Shown here piece by piece: positions 10,434-21,100 of a DNA stretch of 64,000 nt. The stretch spans positions 3,807 through 67,806 of the forward strand of contig JANNUE010000078.1 of assembly GCA_031394895.1 (NCBI GenBank), given 5' to 3'. The translations under genes and the position numbers were made by a program. The stretch is from Betaproteobacteria bacterium. GTDB taxonomy: Bacteria; Pseudomonadota; Gammaproteobacteria; Burkholderiales; Burkholderiaceae_C. The notes under the pieces were generated by a model that searched no databases, was not told where the DNA came from, and saw only the letters and a program-made list of their open reading frames with translations. How positions within the stretch are numbered: the first letter of the stretch is position 1; every line of letters starts with the position of its first letter.

Positions 10434-11633
10434 CTAGGCTTGCGGGAACAGGTCCAGCGCCACCGGCACAACCCCTGCCGGAGGGCTGAACACTTCGACC
10501 CGGTTGCGGCCGCTGTCCTTGGCGCGGTACAGCGCCTGGTCGGCGGCACTGATCATGTCGTCGCAATGCTGATCGGTGCCAAGTCGTTGCGTATGCAGAC
10601 CGACGCTGATGGTGACCGGCATCGACTCACCATTGAGCGACTCGAAGCGAGTGGTGGCGACACTGACCCGCAGACTTTCCGTCAGACGCAAAGCGTCCGC
10701 GGCGCCTGTGTTGGGCAAGATGATCAGAAACTCTTCACCGCCAAAGCGCCCGAAGATGTCCTGCGTGCGCAGCCGGGTTTGTAGCAGGCTGGCCAGATTC
10801 TGCAGCGCCAGGTCGCCCGACAGGTGACCGAAGCTGTCGTTGATGCGCTTGAAGTGGTCCACATCCAGAATCAGCAGTGTCAGCGGCAAAGCGATGCGCT
10901 GCGCTTGCGCCATTTGCTGCGTCAGTGAGGCAATGACAGAGCGCCGGTTGGCCAGGCCGGTGAGTTCATCGCGCATCGCTAAAACACGATTGCGCTCGTC
11001 GGCGCGCTCTTTGGTCATCAGCACAAAACCCATGCCCAGCAGGATCAGGCAGATGACCGACACCAGCACCGTGGTGATGCCGACCGCGCTGGCGTCAAAG
11101 GAGGGGCTGACGCTGGCCGGGTCCGAGGCGGCGACGGCGGCGCGGTAAACAAAAACAGCGACCGCCGCCAGCAGACCGCTGGCCACAAAATACTGACCAC
11201 GGCCCACCGTTTCGCGCCGTTTTTGCAGCAGGATGACGAGCAGGACCGTGCATTGAGCTGCGGTGATGGCTGATCCGACAATGACCCGGTAGGCCAACTT
11301 GTCAATGAACACACTGAAGAATAACGCGGTGATCGGCACCGCACTCCAGAACCACCAGCGCGACAAGCGGCGTTGCTGAAACTGAAGCAGGCCTTCGGCG
11401 AATAGCGCAGTCACCGTGATCAGCGCCACGTTGGCCAGCACTACCGTGTAAACGTCGCTGATCTGGCCGCGTCGGCTATACAGCAGGTAGGCTGCGGTGT
11501 AGAGCAGCAGTCCCGCGGACCACCACACCATGCCGTCCCGGTTGCGGGAGCGGGCGACGGTACTGACAGCCACCGCCAGCGTGCCACTGACGACAATGAG
11601 CATCAGAAACATGGTCGGCACATGGGCGTTCAT
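10434..11633 (-). CDS. Membrane-bound diguanylate cyclase (GGDEF)
   Basis: Multi-TM N-terminus, DELTGLANRR, DVDHFKRINDSFGH, RFGGEEF, ADQALYRAK. Confidence 0.93.
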   Translation of the reverse strand: MNAHVPTMFLMLIVVSGTLAVAVSTVARSRNRDGMVWWSAGLLLYTAAYLLYSRRGQISDVYTVVLANVALITVTALFAEGLLQFQQRRLSRWWFWSAVPITALFFSVFIDKLAYRVIVGSAITAAQCTVLLVILLQKRRETVGRGQYFVASGLLAAVAVFVYRAAVAASDPASVSPSFDASAVGITTVLVSVICLILLGMGFVLMTKERADERNRVLAMRDELTGLANRRSVIASLTQQMAQAQRIALPLTLLILDVDHFKRINDSFGHLSGDLALQNLASLLQTRLRTQDIFGRFGGEEFLIILPNTGAADALRLTESLRVSVATTRFESLNGESMPVTISVGLHTQRLGTDQHCDDMISAADQALYRAKDSGRNRVEVFSPPAGVVPVALDLFPQA

Positions 11634-11707
11634 TAGTGAATTCTATCGAGCGTTGCACAATCTGTCAGAGACCGGCGAGGTTGCTGCGGATGCCCTATAG
11701 TTGAGCG

Positions 11708-12652
11708 ATGACAGTACCGTTGCTGCGCGTCACCAGCTTGCACAAATCGTTCGGAACGCGCCACGCTGTGGATGCCGTGTCTTTTAACCTGGCCAAGGGA
11801 CAAACCCTGGGTCTGATCGGTCCCAATGGCGCTGGCAAATCGACCACCGTCAGCATGATCTGCGGCCTGCTCAAACCCGATCAAGGCGAGGTCCGGCTCG
11901 ACGGTCAACTCATGGCGCCAGGCAACAGCGAAGCAAAAAAACTGATCGGTCTGGTGCCGCAGGAGCTGGCGCTGTTCGAGGACTTGTCGGCGCGCGAGAA
12001 CCTCAAAATATTTGGCGCGCTGTATGGTTTGAAGGGCGCCGCGCTCAAGACCCGCTGCGCCGAAGTGGCCGAGCTGGTGCAACTGAGCGACCGGCTGAAC
12101 GACAAGCCTGCGACTTACTCGGGTGGCATGAAGCGCCGGCTCAACATTGCCGCCGCGCTGCTGCATGACCCGCAGTTGCTGGTCCTGGACGAACCCACCG
12201 TCGGCGTCGATCCACAAAGCCGCAACGCGATCTTCGACGCCCTGGAGTTGCTCAAGCGCCAGGGTCGCTCGCTGATCTACACCAGCCACTACATGGAAGA
12301 GGTCGAGCGCCTGGGTGACCATATCGTCATCATCGACCACGGCAAGGTGATCGCCGACGAAACGCCGGCTGCGCTGTATCGGCGACTGCCGGCGCAAGCG
12401 GCCTTGCATGTAACGCTGGACGCGCCGCTGGCGCCGCGCACACTGGAGCAGTTGCGCCTGCAGGGCGGCGTGGCGGGCGTCACGCTAGAGGGTCTGGATC
12501 TCGACATTGCGCTGGGCGCGCCGGAGCAGGCGCAGGCGCTGCTGGCCTGGCTGTCGGCGCAGGGCTGCCGCGCTGTGCAGTTCGCCACTGCGCGTACCAG
12601 CCTGGAAGCCATCTTTTTGACCCTGACCGGGCGCTCGCTGCGTGATGAGTAA
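11708..12652 (+). CDS. ABC-2 exporter ATP-binding subunit
   Basis: [29 protein letters not shown]. Confidence 0.95.
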   Translation: MTVPLLRVTSLHKSFGTRHAVDAVSFNLAKGQTLGLIGPNGAGKSTTVSMICGLLKPDQGEVRLDGQLMAPGNSEAKKLIGLVPQELALFEDLSARENLKIFGALYGLKGAALKTRCAEVAELVQLSDRLNDKPATYSGGMKRRLNIAAALLHDPQLLVLDEPTVGVDPQSRNAIFDALELLKRQGRSLIYTSHYMEEVERLGDHIVIIDHGKVIADETPAALYRRLPAQAALHVTLDAPLAPRTLEQLRLQGGVAGVTLEGLDLDIALGAPEQAQALLAWLSAQGCRAVQFATARTSLEAIFLTLTGRSLRDE

Positions 12653-12658
12653 CAAGCC

Positions 12659-13954
12659 ATGACCGCCCTGATTGCCCTGATTCGCAAAGACCTGTTGTTG
12701 TACCTGGGCGACCGCCGGGCGCTGCTGCTGAACCTGTTGATGCCAATTCTGCTCGGTGCTTTCTTTGGCTTTCTGTTTGGTGGCTCAGGCGCGCCGGACA
12801 ACCACAAAATCGAGATCGCCGTGGTCTCGCAGGACACCAGCGAAACCGCGCGCAAGATCGTCGCCGGCCTGCAATCCGACACGGCGCTCAAGGTGGTTGA
12901 GATGGCGCTGGCCGAAGCAAAGGACAAGGTGCTGGCCGGCAAGCTCAATGCGGCGGTCGTGATCCCGGCCGGTTTTGGCGAGGCGGCCGGCGCGGCGCTA
13001 TTTGGCGCGCGCGGCAAACCGGAAATAGAGATCTACTACGACCCGTCGCAAGCGGCCGTGCTGGCGATGGTCAAGGGTATGCTGACGCAGCATGTGATGA
13101 GCCAGGTCAGCGCCGAGATGTTCAACGGGGCCGGCGGTCAACGCATGGTGGACGACAGCATTGCCCAGCTGGAACAGGCTGCCAACACCGACCCACAGTC
13201 GGCGCAAGTGCGCGAGTTTCTGCTCGGCCTGCGCAAGTTCCAGTCGCGCACGCCCGCGTCGGCCAGTGCGGCATCGGGTGCGGGTGGCGGGCTGTCGATG
13301 CCGTTTGTGACCAAAGAGCAGGCGATGAGTTCCGGCCCCAAATACAACGGCTACGCGCACTCGTTTGCCGGCATGGCGGTGCAGTTCATTTTGTTCATGG
13401 GGGTCGATGCCGGCATTGGCGTGTTGCTGGCGCGCCGTCAGGGCTTGTGGAGCCGCCTGCTGGCCTCGCCGATCACCATTCACACGGTGCTGGCGGCGCG
13501 CGCCGCGTCGGCCACCATCATCGCCTTTGCGCTGCTGCTGTTCATCTTTGTGGTGGCGTCGCTGTTCTTTCAGGTCCGCGTGGCCGGCAGCATGCTCGGT
13601 TTTCTGGGTGTCGGCCTGAGCTTTGCGCTGGTCACCGCCACCTTCGGGCTGCTGATTGCAGCCTTTGGCAAGACACCGGAGGCGGCACGTGGCATTGCCG
13701 TCTTTGCCACGCTGATCATGGTAATGCTGGGCGGCGCCTGGGTGCCGGCCTTTTTGTTCCCGCAGTGGTTGCAAACGCTGACACTGGCGGTGCCAACGCG
13801 CTGGGCGGTCGATGGCCTGGACGCCATGACCTGGCGCGGCCTGGGTCTCGACGCGGCGCTGCCGGCGATCCTGGTGCAGCTCGGCTTTGCTGCGCTGTTT
13901 GGCGCACTGGCGCTGTGGAAGTTTGGCCGCGACGCGGGGGGCAACAGGTCCTGA
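12659..13954 (+). CDS. ABC-2 type permease
   Basis: N-terminal TM, large periplasmic loop, five C-terminal TMs; follows the ATPase gene. Confidence 0.9.
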   Translation: MTALIALIRKDLLLYLGDRRALLLNLLMPILLGAFFGFLFGGSGAPDNHKIEIAVVSQDTSETARKIVAGLQSDTALKVVEMALAEAKDKVLAGKLNAAVVIPAGFGEAAGAALFGARGKPEIEIYYDPSQAAVLAMVKGMLTQHVMSQVSAEMFNGAGGQRMVDDSIAQLEQAANTDPQSAQVREFLLGLRKFQSRTPASASAASGAGGGLSMPFVTKEQAMSSGPKYNGYAHSFAGMAVQFILFMGVDAGIGVLLARRQGLWSRLLASPITIHTVLAARAASATIIAFALLLFIFVVASLFFQVRVAGSMLGFLGVGLSFALVTATFGLLIAAFGKTPEAARGIAVFATLIMVMLGGAWVPAFLFPQWLQTLTLAVPTRWAVDGLDAMTWRGLGLDAALPAILVQLGFAALFGALALWKFGRDAGGNRS

Positions 13955-14066
13955 GCCTGTGGTGGTCAGCGCGGCGCAACGGCGTTTCTTGCCGCCGCCG
14001 GTTTTGCTGGGTGATTGATCGCTTAGACTCTCGCAACAACGAATTCCAATTTGAGGAGGACGCTTT

Positions 14067-17000
14067 ATGGCAACGCGCACACCGCGCATTTCGGCCTCTG
14101 GCGCAGCCAGGCCCGCCGCATCGGCCGCAGCAGCGTCAGCGGCAGTTGCTGCCACTCCCACCGTCGCAGAAGCCATCCAGTCAGTCAAGCACAACGCCCG
14201 CCGCAAGAACATTCCGCCGGCAGGTATCGAAGCCCAAGGCCAGGTGCAGGAAGCGCCCCGTCTGCGCCATGCCTACAACCCGCATCTGCCACCACGCCTG
14301 CGCTTCTCCGATGACCCGGCTGCCACTGACCGTTTGCCTGCACTGCTACAGACGGCTCGTGAACGTGCCCTGAGCGAAGAAGAGGCGGAAGAACTGGCAC
14401 AAGCACTGCGCCGCCATGAGCCCTGGCTGGAGTGGGCCGGTAAGCGCGAGCGCCCGTGGTTTGAAGTCGAGCCACCTGCCTTGCACATTCACGACCGTGT
14501 CTCGACCCAGGCCATGCTGCGCGTGCTGGCGCGTGAAGATGTCAATCGCGATCTGTTTGCCGATCCGCAGCAGACCTATGCGCAAGCGGTGCAGTTTTAC
14601 CGGCACGACGTGGACTGGAGCAACCGCATGATTCTGGGCGACAGCCTGGCGGTGATGGCCAGCCTGGCGCGGCGCGAAGACCTGGCCGGCAAGGTACAGA
14701 TGATCTACGTCGACCCGCCCTATGGCATCAGTTTTAAGAGTAACTTTCAGCCACAACTCGGCCAGCGCGATGTGAAAGACAAGGTACAGGACCTGACGCG
14801 CGAGCCCGAGATGGTCAAGGCCTACCGCGACACCTGGACGCTCGGCATCCATTCGTATCTGGCCTACCTGCGCGACCGTCTGGCGATGGCGCGCGAGTTG
14901 TTGACCGACAGCGGCAGCGTGTTTGTGCAGATTTCGGATGAGAACCTGCATCGGGTGCGGGCGGTGATGGATGAGGTGTTTGGAACTGCGAATTTTTGTC
15001 GACTCATCACAATTCGTAAAACTGCCGGGGATACAACTACCTTACTCACATCCCAAGCTGACTACATAATTTGGTTTGCCAAGGACATAGCGGCAGTCAA
15101 GTACGTCCCGCTGTTCCAAGAAAAGACCGTTGGAACTGGCACCGGTGAGCAGTACGACCGCTTGTTCGACCCTGCGACAGGCGCAACGAGACGGTTGCAG
15201 AGCACTGATGATTTGACCCTTGATGGCAATGCACAGGACTTGTCCCCTTTTCGAACTGCAGACCTTCGCCGACAGGGTTTTAGCAGGACTGCAACGATTG
15301 ACCTCACTCATGATGGGCGGGTATTCTTCCCTGGCTCCGGTCATCAATGGAAAACTAATGCTGAGGGATTGGCGCGCCTCGAAGGTAGTGAACGACTTCA
15401 CCTTGTCGGCAATACGCTTGAGTACAGAAGGTATTACTCGGACTGGACCGTTACAGACTTAACCAACATTTGGATGGATGCTGGAGGAAGCGGATTCGCG
15501 GAGCCGAAGCTTTACGTTGTGCAAACCATTCCCCGTGTCATCGAGCGCTGCGTATTGATGACCACCGACCCCGGCGACCTGGTGCTCGATCCTACCTGCG
15601 GTAGCGGCACCACCGCCTTTGTCGCCGAGAAGTGGGGCCGGCGCTGGATCACCTGCGACACCAGCCGCGTGGCCCTCGCCCTGGCCAAGCAGCGGCTGAT
15701 GACCGCCACGTTTGACCATTTCCAGTTGCGTGCCCTGACCCCCGAAGACGTGTTGCGCAACCCGCGCGGCGCCTGGCTGCGCAATGGCGGGCCTGAGCCA
15801 AAGACTTTTGCCTGCAGATCAGTGCCGCACATCACGCTCAAAAGCATTGCCCGCAACACGGCGCTCGACGCGCTGTTTGCCAAACACGAGCCGCTGCTGA
15901 CCGAGAAGCTGGCGGCGTTGAATGCCGAGTTGGCCAAAGTCAAGCCTGCGCAGAAGGACAAGTTGCTGGACAAGCTGGTGCGCAAGCACCGCGAAGAAGG
16001 CGCCAATGCCATCACCGAGGCGGACCAGCGCCGCTGGCTGCTGCCCGGCGCGCAGGGTGGCCTGATTCGCGAGTACAAGGCGGCCAAGCCCTTGAAGGGG
16101 CTGACGGCCAAGCAGGCAGCGGCATACCGCAGCGCCATTGCGGCGGCAAGCTGGCAGCCCTGGCAAGTGCCGTTTGACATCGACGCCGATTGGCCGCAAG
16201 CCTTGCAGGATGCGCTCACAAGCTATCGCAGCGCCTGGCGCGCCAAGATGGATGAGGTGAATGCCGCCATCGAGGCTAATGCCGAGATGGAAGAACTGGT
16301 TGACCAACCGCTACCCGCACCCGGCGTGGTGCGTGTGGCCGGGCCGTTCACGATGGAGGGCGTGATTGCTCGCGAGCAGGGGCACGACGACGCGGCGGCG
16401 ACCAGCACGCCGATTGGCGGCGCGCCCGCAGAACTGGAAGCGTTTGATGCCGACGCGGCAGACTTTGCAGGGGACGTGGGCCAGATCGCCAGCATCAACG
16501 CCGAGGCGCATCTGGACAAGATACTGCGCCTGCTCAAGGCAGTGGGCGTGGACTTTGCCGGCAACCGCAACCAGCGTTTTGCGCGGCTGGAGCCGATTGG
16601 CAGCAGCGCCATGCTGCACGCTGAAGGCGCATGGGTGGGCGCAGACGACAAGCGCGTGGCCGTATCAGTGGGGCCGGAAGTCGGCAACGTGACTGCATGG
16701 CAGGTGGAAGACGCGGTGCGCAGCGCCCACCGTTTTGCCTACGACGAACTGGTGTTTGCGGGCTATGGCTTTGATGCTGCGGCACAGGCGGCAATTGACG
16801 ACGGTGGCGCCGGGAAGGTGCGCCTGCACATGGCGCTGATCCGCCCAGACATTGCCATGGGCGAGTTGCTCAAGACGCAGCCGGGCAGCCAACTCTTCAT
16901 GGTGTTCAGCGCGCCGAGGGTGAAAGCGCCCGAGCGCCTGTCTGACGGGCAATGGGTGGTGGAAGTGGAAGGCATGGATGTGTACGACCCGGTCAACGGC

Positions 17001-17306
17001 GCGCTCTACCCCACCAGCCGCGAGCGCATCGCTGCCTGGTTTGTTGATACCGACTACGACGGCCGTACCTTTTGCATCTGCCAGGCGTTCTTCCCTGACC
17101 GCAAGAAATGGGACAAGCTGGCGCGCGCCCTGGGCGATAAGGGCGTGGTGGATGAAGCGCGCTTTGACGAACTCACAGGCTACCGTACCCTGGCGTTTGC
17201 GCGCCCGCTGGCCTTGCAAGCAGGCAAGCCGTGGCGGGTGGCAGTGAAGGTGATCGACCCGCGCGGCAACGAGGGGCTGCGCGTGATTACGATGCCGGGG
17301 GCGTGA
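14067..17306 (+). CDS. mod: Type III restriction-modification methyltransferase (Mod)
   Basis: NRMILGDSL, motif IV YVDPPY, motif I DPTCGSGTT in beta-class order with TRD in between; GAGGAGG RBS; res gene downstream. Confidence 0.92.
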   Translation: MATRTPRISASGAARPAASAAAASAAVAATPTVAEAIQSVKHNARRKNIPPAGIEAQGQVQEAPRLRHAYNPHLPPRLRFSDDPAATDRLPALLQTARERALSEEEAEELAQALRRHEPWLEWAGKRERPWFEVEPPALHIHDRVSTQAMLRVLAREDVNRDLFADPQQTYAQAVQFYRHDVDWSNRMILGDSLAVMASLARREDLAGKVQMIYVDPPYGISFKSNFQPQLGQRDVKDKVQDLTREPEMVKAYRDTWTLGIHSYLAYLRDRLAMARELLTDSGSVFVQISDENLHRVRAVMDEVFGTANFCRLITIRKTAGDTTTLLTSQADYIIWFAKDIAAVKYVPLFQEKTVGTGTGEQYDRLFDPATGATRRLQSTDDLTLDGNAQDLSPFRTADLRRQGFSRTATIDLTHDGRVFFPGSGHQWKTNAEGLARLEGSERLHLVGNTLEYRRYYSDWTVTDLTNIWMDAGGSGFAEPKLYVVQTIPRVIERCVLMTTDPGDLVLDPTCGSGTTAFVAEKWGRRWITCDTSRVALALAKQRLMTATFDHFQLRALTPEDVLRNPRGAWLRNGGPEPKTFACRSVPHITLKSIARNTALDALFAKHEPLLTEKLAALNAELAKVKPAQKDKLLDKLVRKHREEGANAITEADQRRWLLPGAQGGLIREYKAAKPLKGLTAKQAAAYRSAIAAASWQPWQVPFDIDADWPQALQDALTSYRSAWRAKMDEVNAAIEANAEMEELVDQPLPAPGVVRVAGPFTMEGVIAREQGHDDAAATSTPIGGAPAELEAFDADAADFAGDVGQIASINAEAHLDKILRLLKAVGVDFAGNRNQRFARLEPIGSSAMLHAEGAWVGADDKRVAVSVGPEVGNVTAWQVEDAVRSAHRFAYDELVFAGYGFDAAAQAAIDDGGAGKVRLHMALIRPDIAMGELLKTQPGSQLFMVFSAPRVKAPERLSDGQWVVEVEGMDVYDPVNGALYPTSRERIAAWFVDTDYDGRTFCICQAFFPDRKKWDKLARALGDKGVVDEARFDELTGYRTLAFARPLALQAGKPWRVAVKVIDPRGNEGLRVITMPGA

Positions 17307-17368
17307 GCATGTGCAGGCAAGCCCACATGAGCGTTTACCCAGGGGTATATCTGGCCGGGTTGTTTGCG

Positions 17369-17374
17369 TATAAT
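17369..17374 (+). promoter_or_regulatory. Sigma70 -10 element (TATAAT) inside the R-M operon
   Basis: Exact TATAAT inside the imperfect palindrome GTTTGcGTATAATACAAAC; no good -35 seen. Confidence 0.55.
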
Positions 17375-17380
17375 ACAAAC

Positions 17381-17455
17381 CTGTTTATCCCCCTGGCGGT
17401 TTCGACCCCAGGTGCGAGGGCACCCAGGCGCGAGTTTGGGTGCCCTCTGTTTTTT
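17381..17455 (+). ncRNA. Putative structured RNA/leader with intrinsic terminator upstream of the NYN gene
   Basis: Hairpin 1 CCTGG-c-GGT-[TTCG]-ACC-CCAGG (17392-17412); hairpin 2 GAGGGCACCCAGGC-[GCGA]-GTTTGGGTGCCCTC (17416-17447), then TGTTTTTT. Confidence 0.6.
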
Positions 17456-17470
17456 GTGGATCGGTAAGTT

Positions 17471-18103
17471 ATGCGTACCAGTATCTACATCGACGGCTTC
17501 AATCTGTACTACGGCGCCCTCAAGCGCACGTCGTACAAGTGGCTGGACTTCAAGGCAGTCTTTGCCATGCTGCTGCAGCCGCACCATCAAGTGACGGCGA
17601 TCAACTATTTCACGGCACAGGTGTCTGGTTTGCGCGATCCGCAGCAGCCCATTCGCCAGCAAACCTATTGGCGCGCCCTGCAGGCCAGTACACCGGAATT
17701 TCGTCTGATCAAAGGCAGCTTCCTGACGCACACGGTCAAAGCGCCGCTGGCGCAGCCACAGGGGACGCAACGTTTCGCGAACGTGTTGAAGACCGAAGAA
17801 AAAGGCTCGGATGTTAATCTGGCGGTGCATTTGGTCAATGATGCCTGGCTGGATGCTTATGACTGCGCCGTGATTGTGTCCAACGACTCAGATTTAGCTG
17901 AAGCCATGCGGCTGGTTCGCCTGGAGCACCCGACCAAGCGCTTGGGGTTGGTGTTTCCGCGACGGGAAACGGGCGGTCATCCCTCGCGCGAACTGTCACA
18001 GCACGCGCACTTTGTGTTGCGTCTCGGCGCGCGAGTGCTGGCTGCAGCGCAGTTGCCTGCTGTGATCCCCGGCACCACGATTCACAAACCCCCCGCCTGG
18101 TAG
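17471..18103 (+). CDS. NYN (LabA/DUF88, PIN-like fold) ribonuclease
   Basis: IYIDGFNLYYG, YFTA, EEKGSDVNLA, VSNDSD acidic active-site motifs. Confidence 0.92.
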   Translation: MRTSIYIDGFNLYYGALKRTSYKWLDFKAVFAMLLQPHHQVTAINYFTAQVSGLRDPQQPIRQQTYWRALQASTPEFRLIKGSFLTHTVKAPLAQPQGTQRFANVLKTEEKGSDVNLAVHLVNDAWLDAYDCAVIVSNDSDLAEAMRLVRLEHPTKRLGLVFPRRETGGHPSRELSQHAHFVLRLGARVLAAAQLPAVIPGTTIHKPPAW

Positions 18104-18108
18104 ATTTC

Positions 18109-21100
18109 ATGGCACGTTCTCCCCAATCCAAGCCCACTCAATCCAGCGCGTTCAATAACGCGCAAGGCCAGTTGCCGATCCAGCCGGTGGACAAGCCCAT
18201 TTTGTGCTCGCCCTACGTGGAGCCAGATTTGCATTGGGTGTATGACCAGAGCACCGGCATTCCAACCCGCACGCAGGGCCGCCGGCCAGCGAGCTACTGG
18301 TACAAGACCGAGCGCACCGGCAGCGCGCAACAGCAACTGGGTTTCATGGCCGAAGAAGACCGCGACGACTTGCCGCTGGTCAATGCCTTGCGCGCCGATG
18401 TGCGGCGCTGGCACGATGCGCAATGGGCTGGTGCCAGTGAAACCAGCAAAACCCTGTTGCGCCACTGGTGGCGCGAAGACCGCCTGCGCCGCTTGTTCTT
18501 TTGCCAACTGGAGGCAGTGGAGACCATCATTTACCTGCGCGAAATGTTGGCGCAAGGCAGGGTGCCGCGTTTCAAGCCCGAACTCACTCTGGCCGATCAC
18601 GCAGCGCTGATGGCGGGACAGAATCCGCGCCCCGCAGAGTGGGTGGCCACGGTGGCGCAGCACCCCAAACTGGCTGACCTTCCCAACGAGGCGGGAGCGC
18701 GCGCGCTGACGCGTTACGCCTGCAAGATGGCCACTGGCAGTGGCAAGACGGTGCTGATGGCACTGCTATTGGCCTGGGCCTTTTGCAACCGGGGTCGCAC
18801 GCCATCGGACGTGCGTTTTCCACGCCGCGCTCTGGTGGTCTGCCCCAACCTCACCATCAAGGACCGGCTTAATGTGCTGCGCCCAGGGGATGCCGACAAC
18901 TACTTTGACAAATTCGATTTGGTGCCCACGGCGTTGCGACCGGATTTGGCCAAGGGCCGCGTGCGGGTAACGAACTGGCATATGTTCAGCCCTGAGGCAG
19001 AAGAGTTGCGAGTCGGTGGCGTGACGGTGGGGCAACTAGGGCCGGAAACACCCGACGCGTTTGCGCGCGCTCGACTAGGCGAGCTGTGGGACGACGAACC
19101 TTTGTTGGTATTCAACGACGAAGGTCACCACGCCTACCGGCCGGCTCCTGTGCAAGCGGGCGATGCGCTCAATGCGGACGAGCGTGCCGAGCGGGAAGAA
19201 GCCACGGTGTGGGTGAGCGGGTTGGACAAAATCAACGCAGCCTGTGGTGTGGCGTTTTGTGTGGACCTGTCGGCCACGCCGTTTTATTTACACGGCAGTG
19301 GCTACCCCGAAGGCTCGCCATTTCCGTGGATCGTCAGCGACTTTGGCTTGGTGGATGCGATTGAGAGCGGCATCACCAAAATTCCGCGTCTCCCTGCGGC
19401 AGACAACACAGGCCGGCCTGAGCCGCAATTCTTCAAGCTCTGGCAGCACGTCACGTCCAATCTGACATCGGGCGAACGGCTACCGGGCGGCAAGCCCAAG
19501 CCCGAAGTGGTTTATCGCAAGGCCCAAGCAGCGCTGCTGACGCTGGCCGGGCAATGGAAACAGCGGTTGGATCAGGTAGCCGCCGCCGCCCCTGGACAAG
19601 ACCGAACGCCGCCGGTGATGATTGTGGTGTGCGACAACACGGATATTGCCGAGCACTTTTACCGCATGATTTCTGGCGAAGAAACAGTGACCGTGGAAGC
19701 AGACGACGAGGAGGGCGATGACGAAGACGAGGCGCCACGCCGCCGCAAGAAGCCCAAGCCCGTGAAGCGCTACGGCAATGGTCTGAGTGGTTTTCCGGAA
19801 ATATGGAATCGCGCTGGATCCGAGGTAACGTTGCGCATCGACTCCAACCTGTTGGCAGCGGCAGAGAGTGAAGACCCCAACGCAACCCGCAAAGAGGCGG
19901 CGGAAGAATTGCGTCGCATCGTCTCCAGCGTGGGCAAGCCTGGCGGCGCTGGTGAGCATATTCGCTGTGTGGTGAGTGTGAATATGCTCAGCGAAGGCTG
20001 GGACGCCAACAACGTCACGCATATCCTCGGATTGCGCGCATTCCATAGCCAACTGCTGTGCGAGCAGGTGGTGGGTCGTGGTTTGCGCCGCATGGACTAC
20101 ACGCCAGACCCGGCTACCGGGCGTTTAACCGAAGAGTACGTGGACGTGTTCGGCGTGCCGTTTTCGTTGATTCCGTTCAAAGGCCGCACGCCTGGCGACC
20201 CGCCGCCGCCCGATGATCGACCCAAGCACGAGGTGATGGCCATGCCGGAGCGGGCAGCGTTTGAAATTCGGTTCCCGGTGGTTGAAGGGTTTGTGGTCGA
20301 TCTGGGGCAGCACTGGATCGTCTGCGACGTTGCGGCGATGGAGCGCATCAAGCTCGATCCGGTGGCTAACCCCACAGCAGCGTTTGTGCGTCCACAGGTG
20401 GGCTACGCCGTGGGCACGCCGGGTCAACAGACCGGGTTTGGCTTTGAGCTGGTCACGCGCGAGGCGTACTACCAGGAAACACATCCGCAAACCATCGCTT
20501 TTGAGATTGCCCGTGAGGTGGTGCGATTGCTGACAGACACAGCCCATCCGGCAAGCGAACGGCTGCGCCGCACTGGGCGAGCCGCACTTTTTCCACAAGC
20601 GCTGACGTTCACTGAACGCTATCTGAACGAGCGGGTGGACTACAACGGGCTGCACCGCTGTGAAGTTGGTTTGCAGGTGTACGCACAGCGCATTGTTGGT
20701 TTGCTGCTGGCCGCGATTCGTCCGGACGAGGAAAAGGGTGAGCCCCCACTACTTCCCCGCCTGAACCGATACAAGCCGACCGGCAGCAGTGGCTCGGTTC
20801 GGTTCAAGACCGTCAAGCCGGTACAGGCAACTCAGGCAAGCCATTTGAATTTTGTGGCCGCCGATACTGGCTCGTGGGAACAGGCGGCCGCCACACAGCT
20901 TGAAATGGCCGCAGTGCAAGGGTTGATTCAATGCTATGTGCGCAATGACCGGATGGAGTTGACCGTTCCGTACGAGTTCTACGGGCAATCAAGGGCTTAC
21001 GAGCCTGACTTCGTTGTGCGTTTGGCCGATGGAACGCATTTGTTGGTGGAAGTAAAAGGTGCACAACCCGCCGAGGTCGCCGCCAAGCATCAGGCGGCGC

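Noticed and set aside
14067-14170. Ala-rich low-complexity Mod N-terminus as a phase-variation repeat tract
   Set aside because: Codons vary; no simple-sequence repeat of the phasevarion type
19700-19765. Acidic then basic tract in Res (DDEEGDDEDEAPRRRKKPK) as an inserted element or intein
   Set aside because: Short in-frame low-complexity loop without splicing motifs
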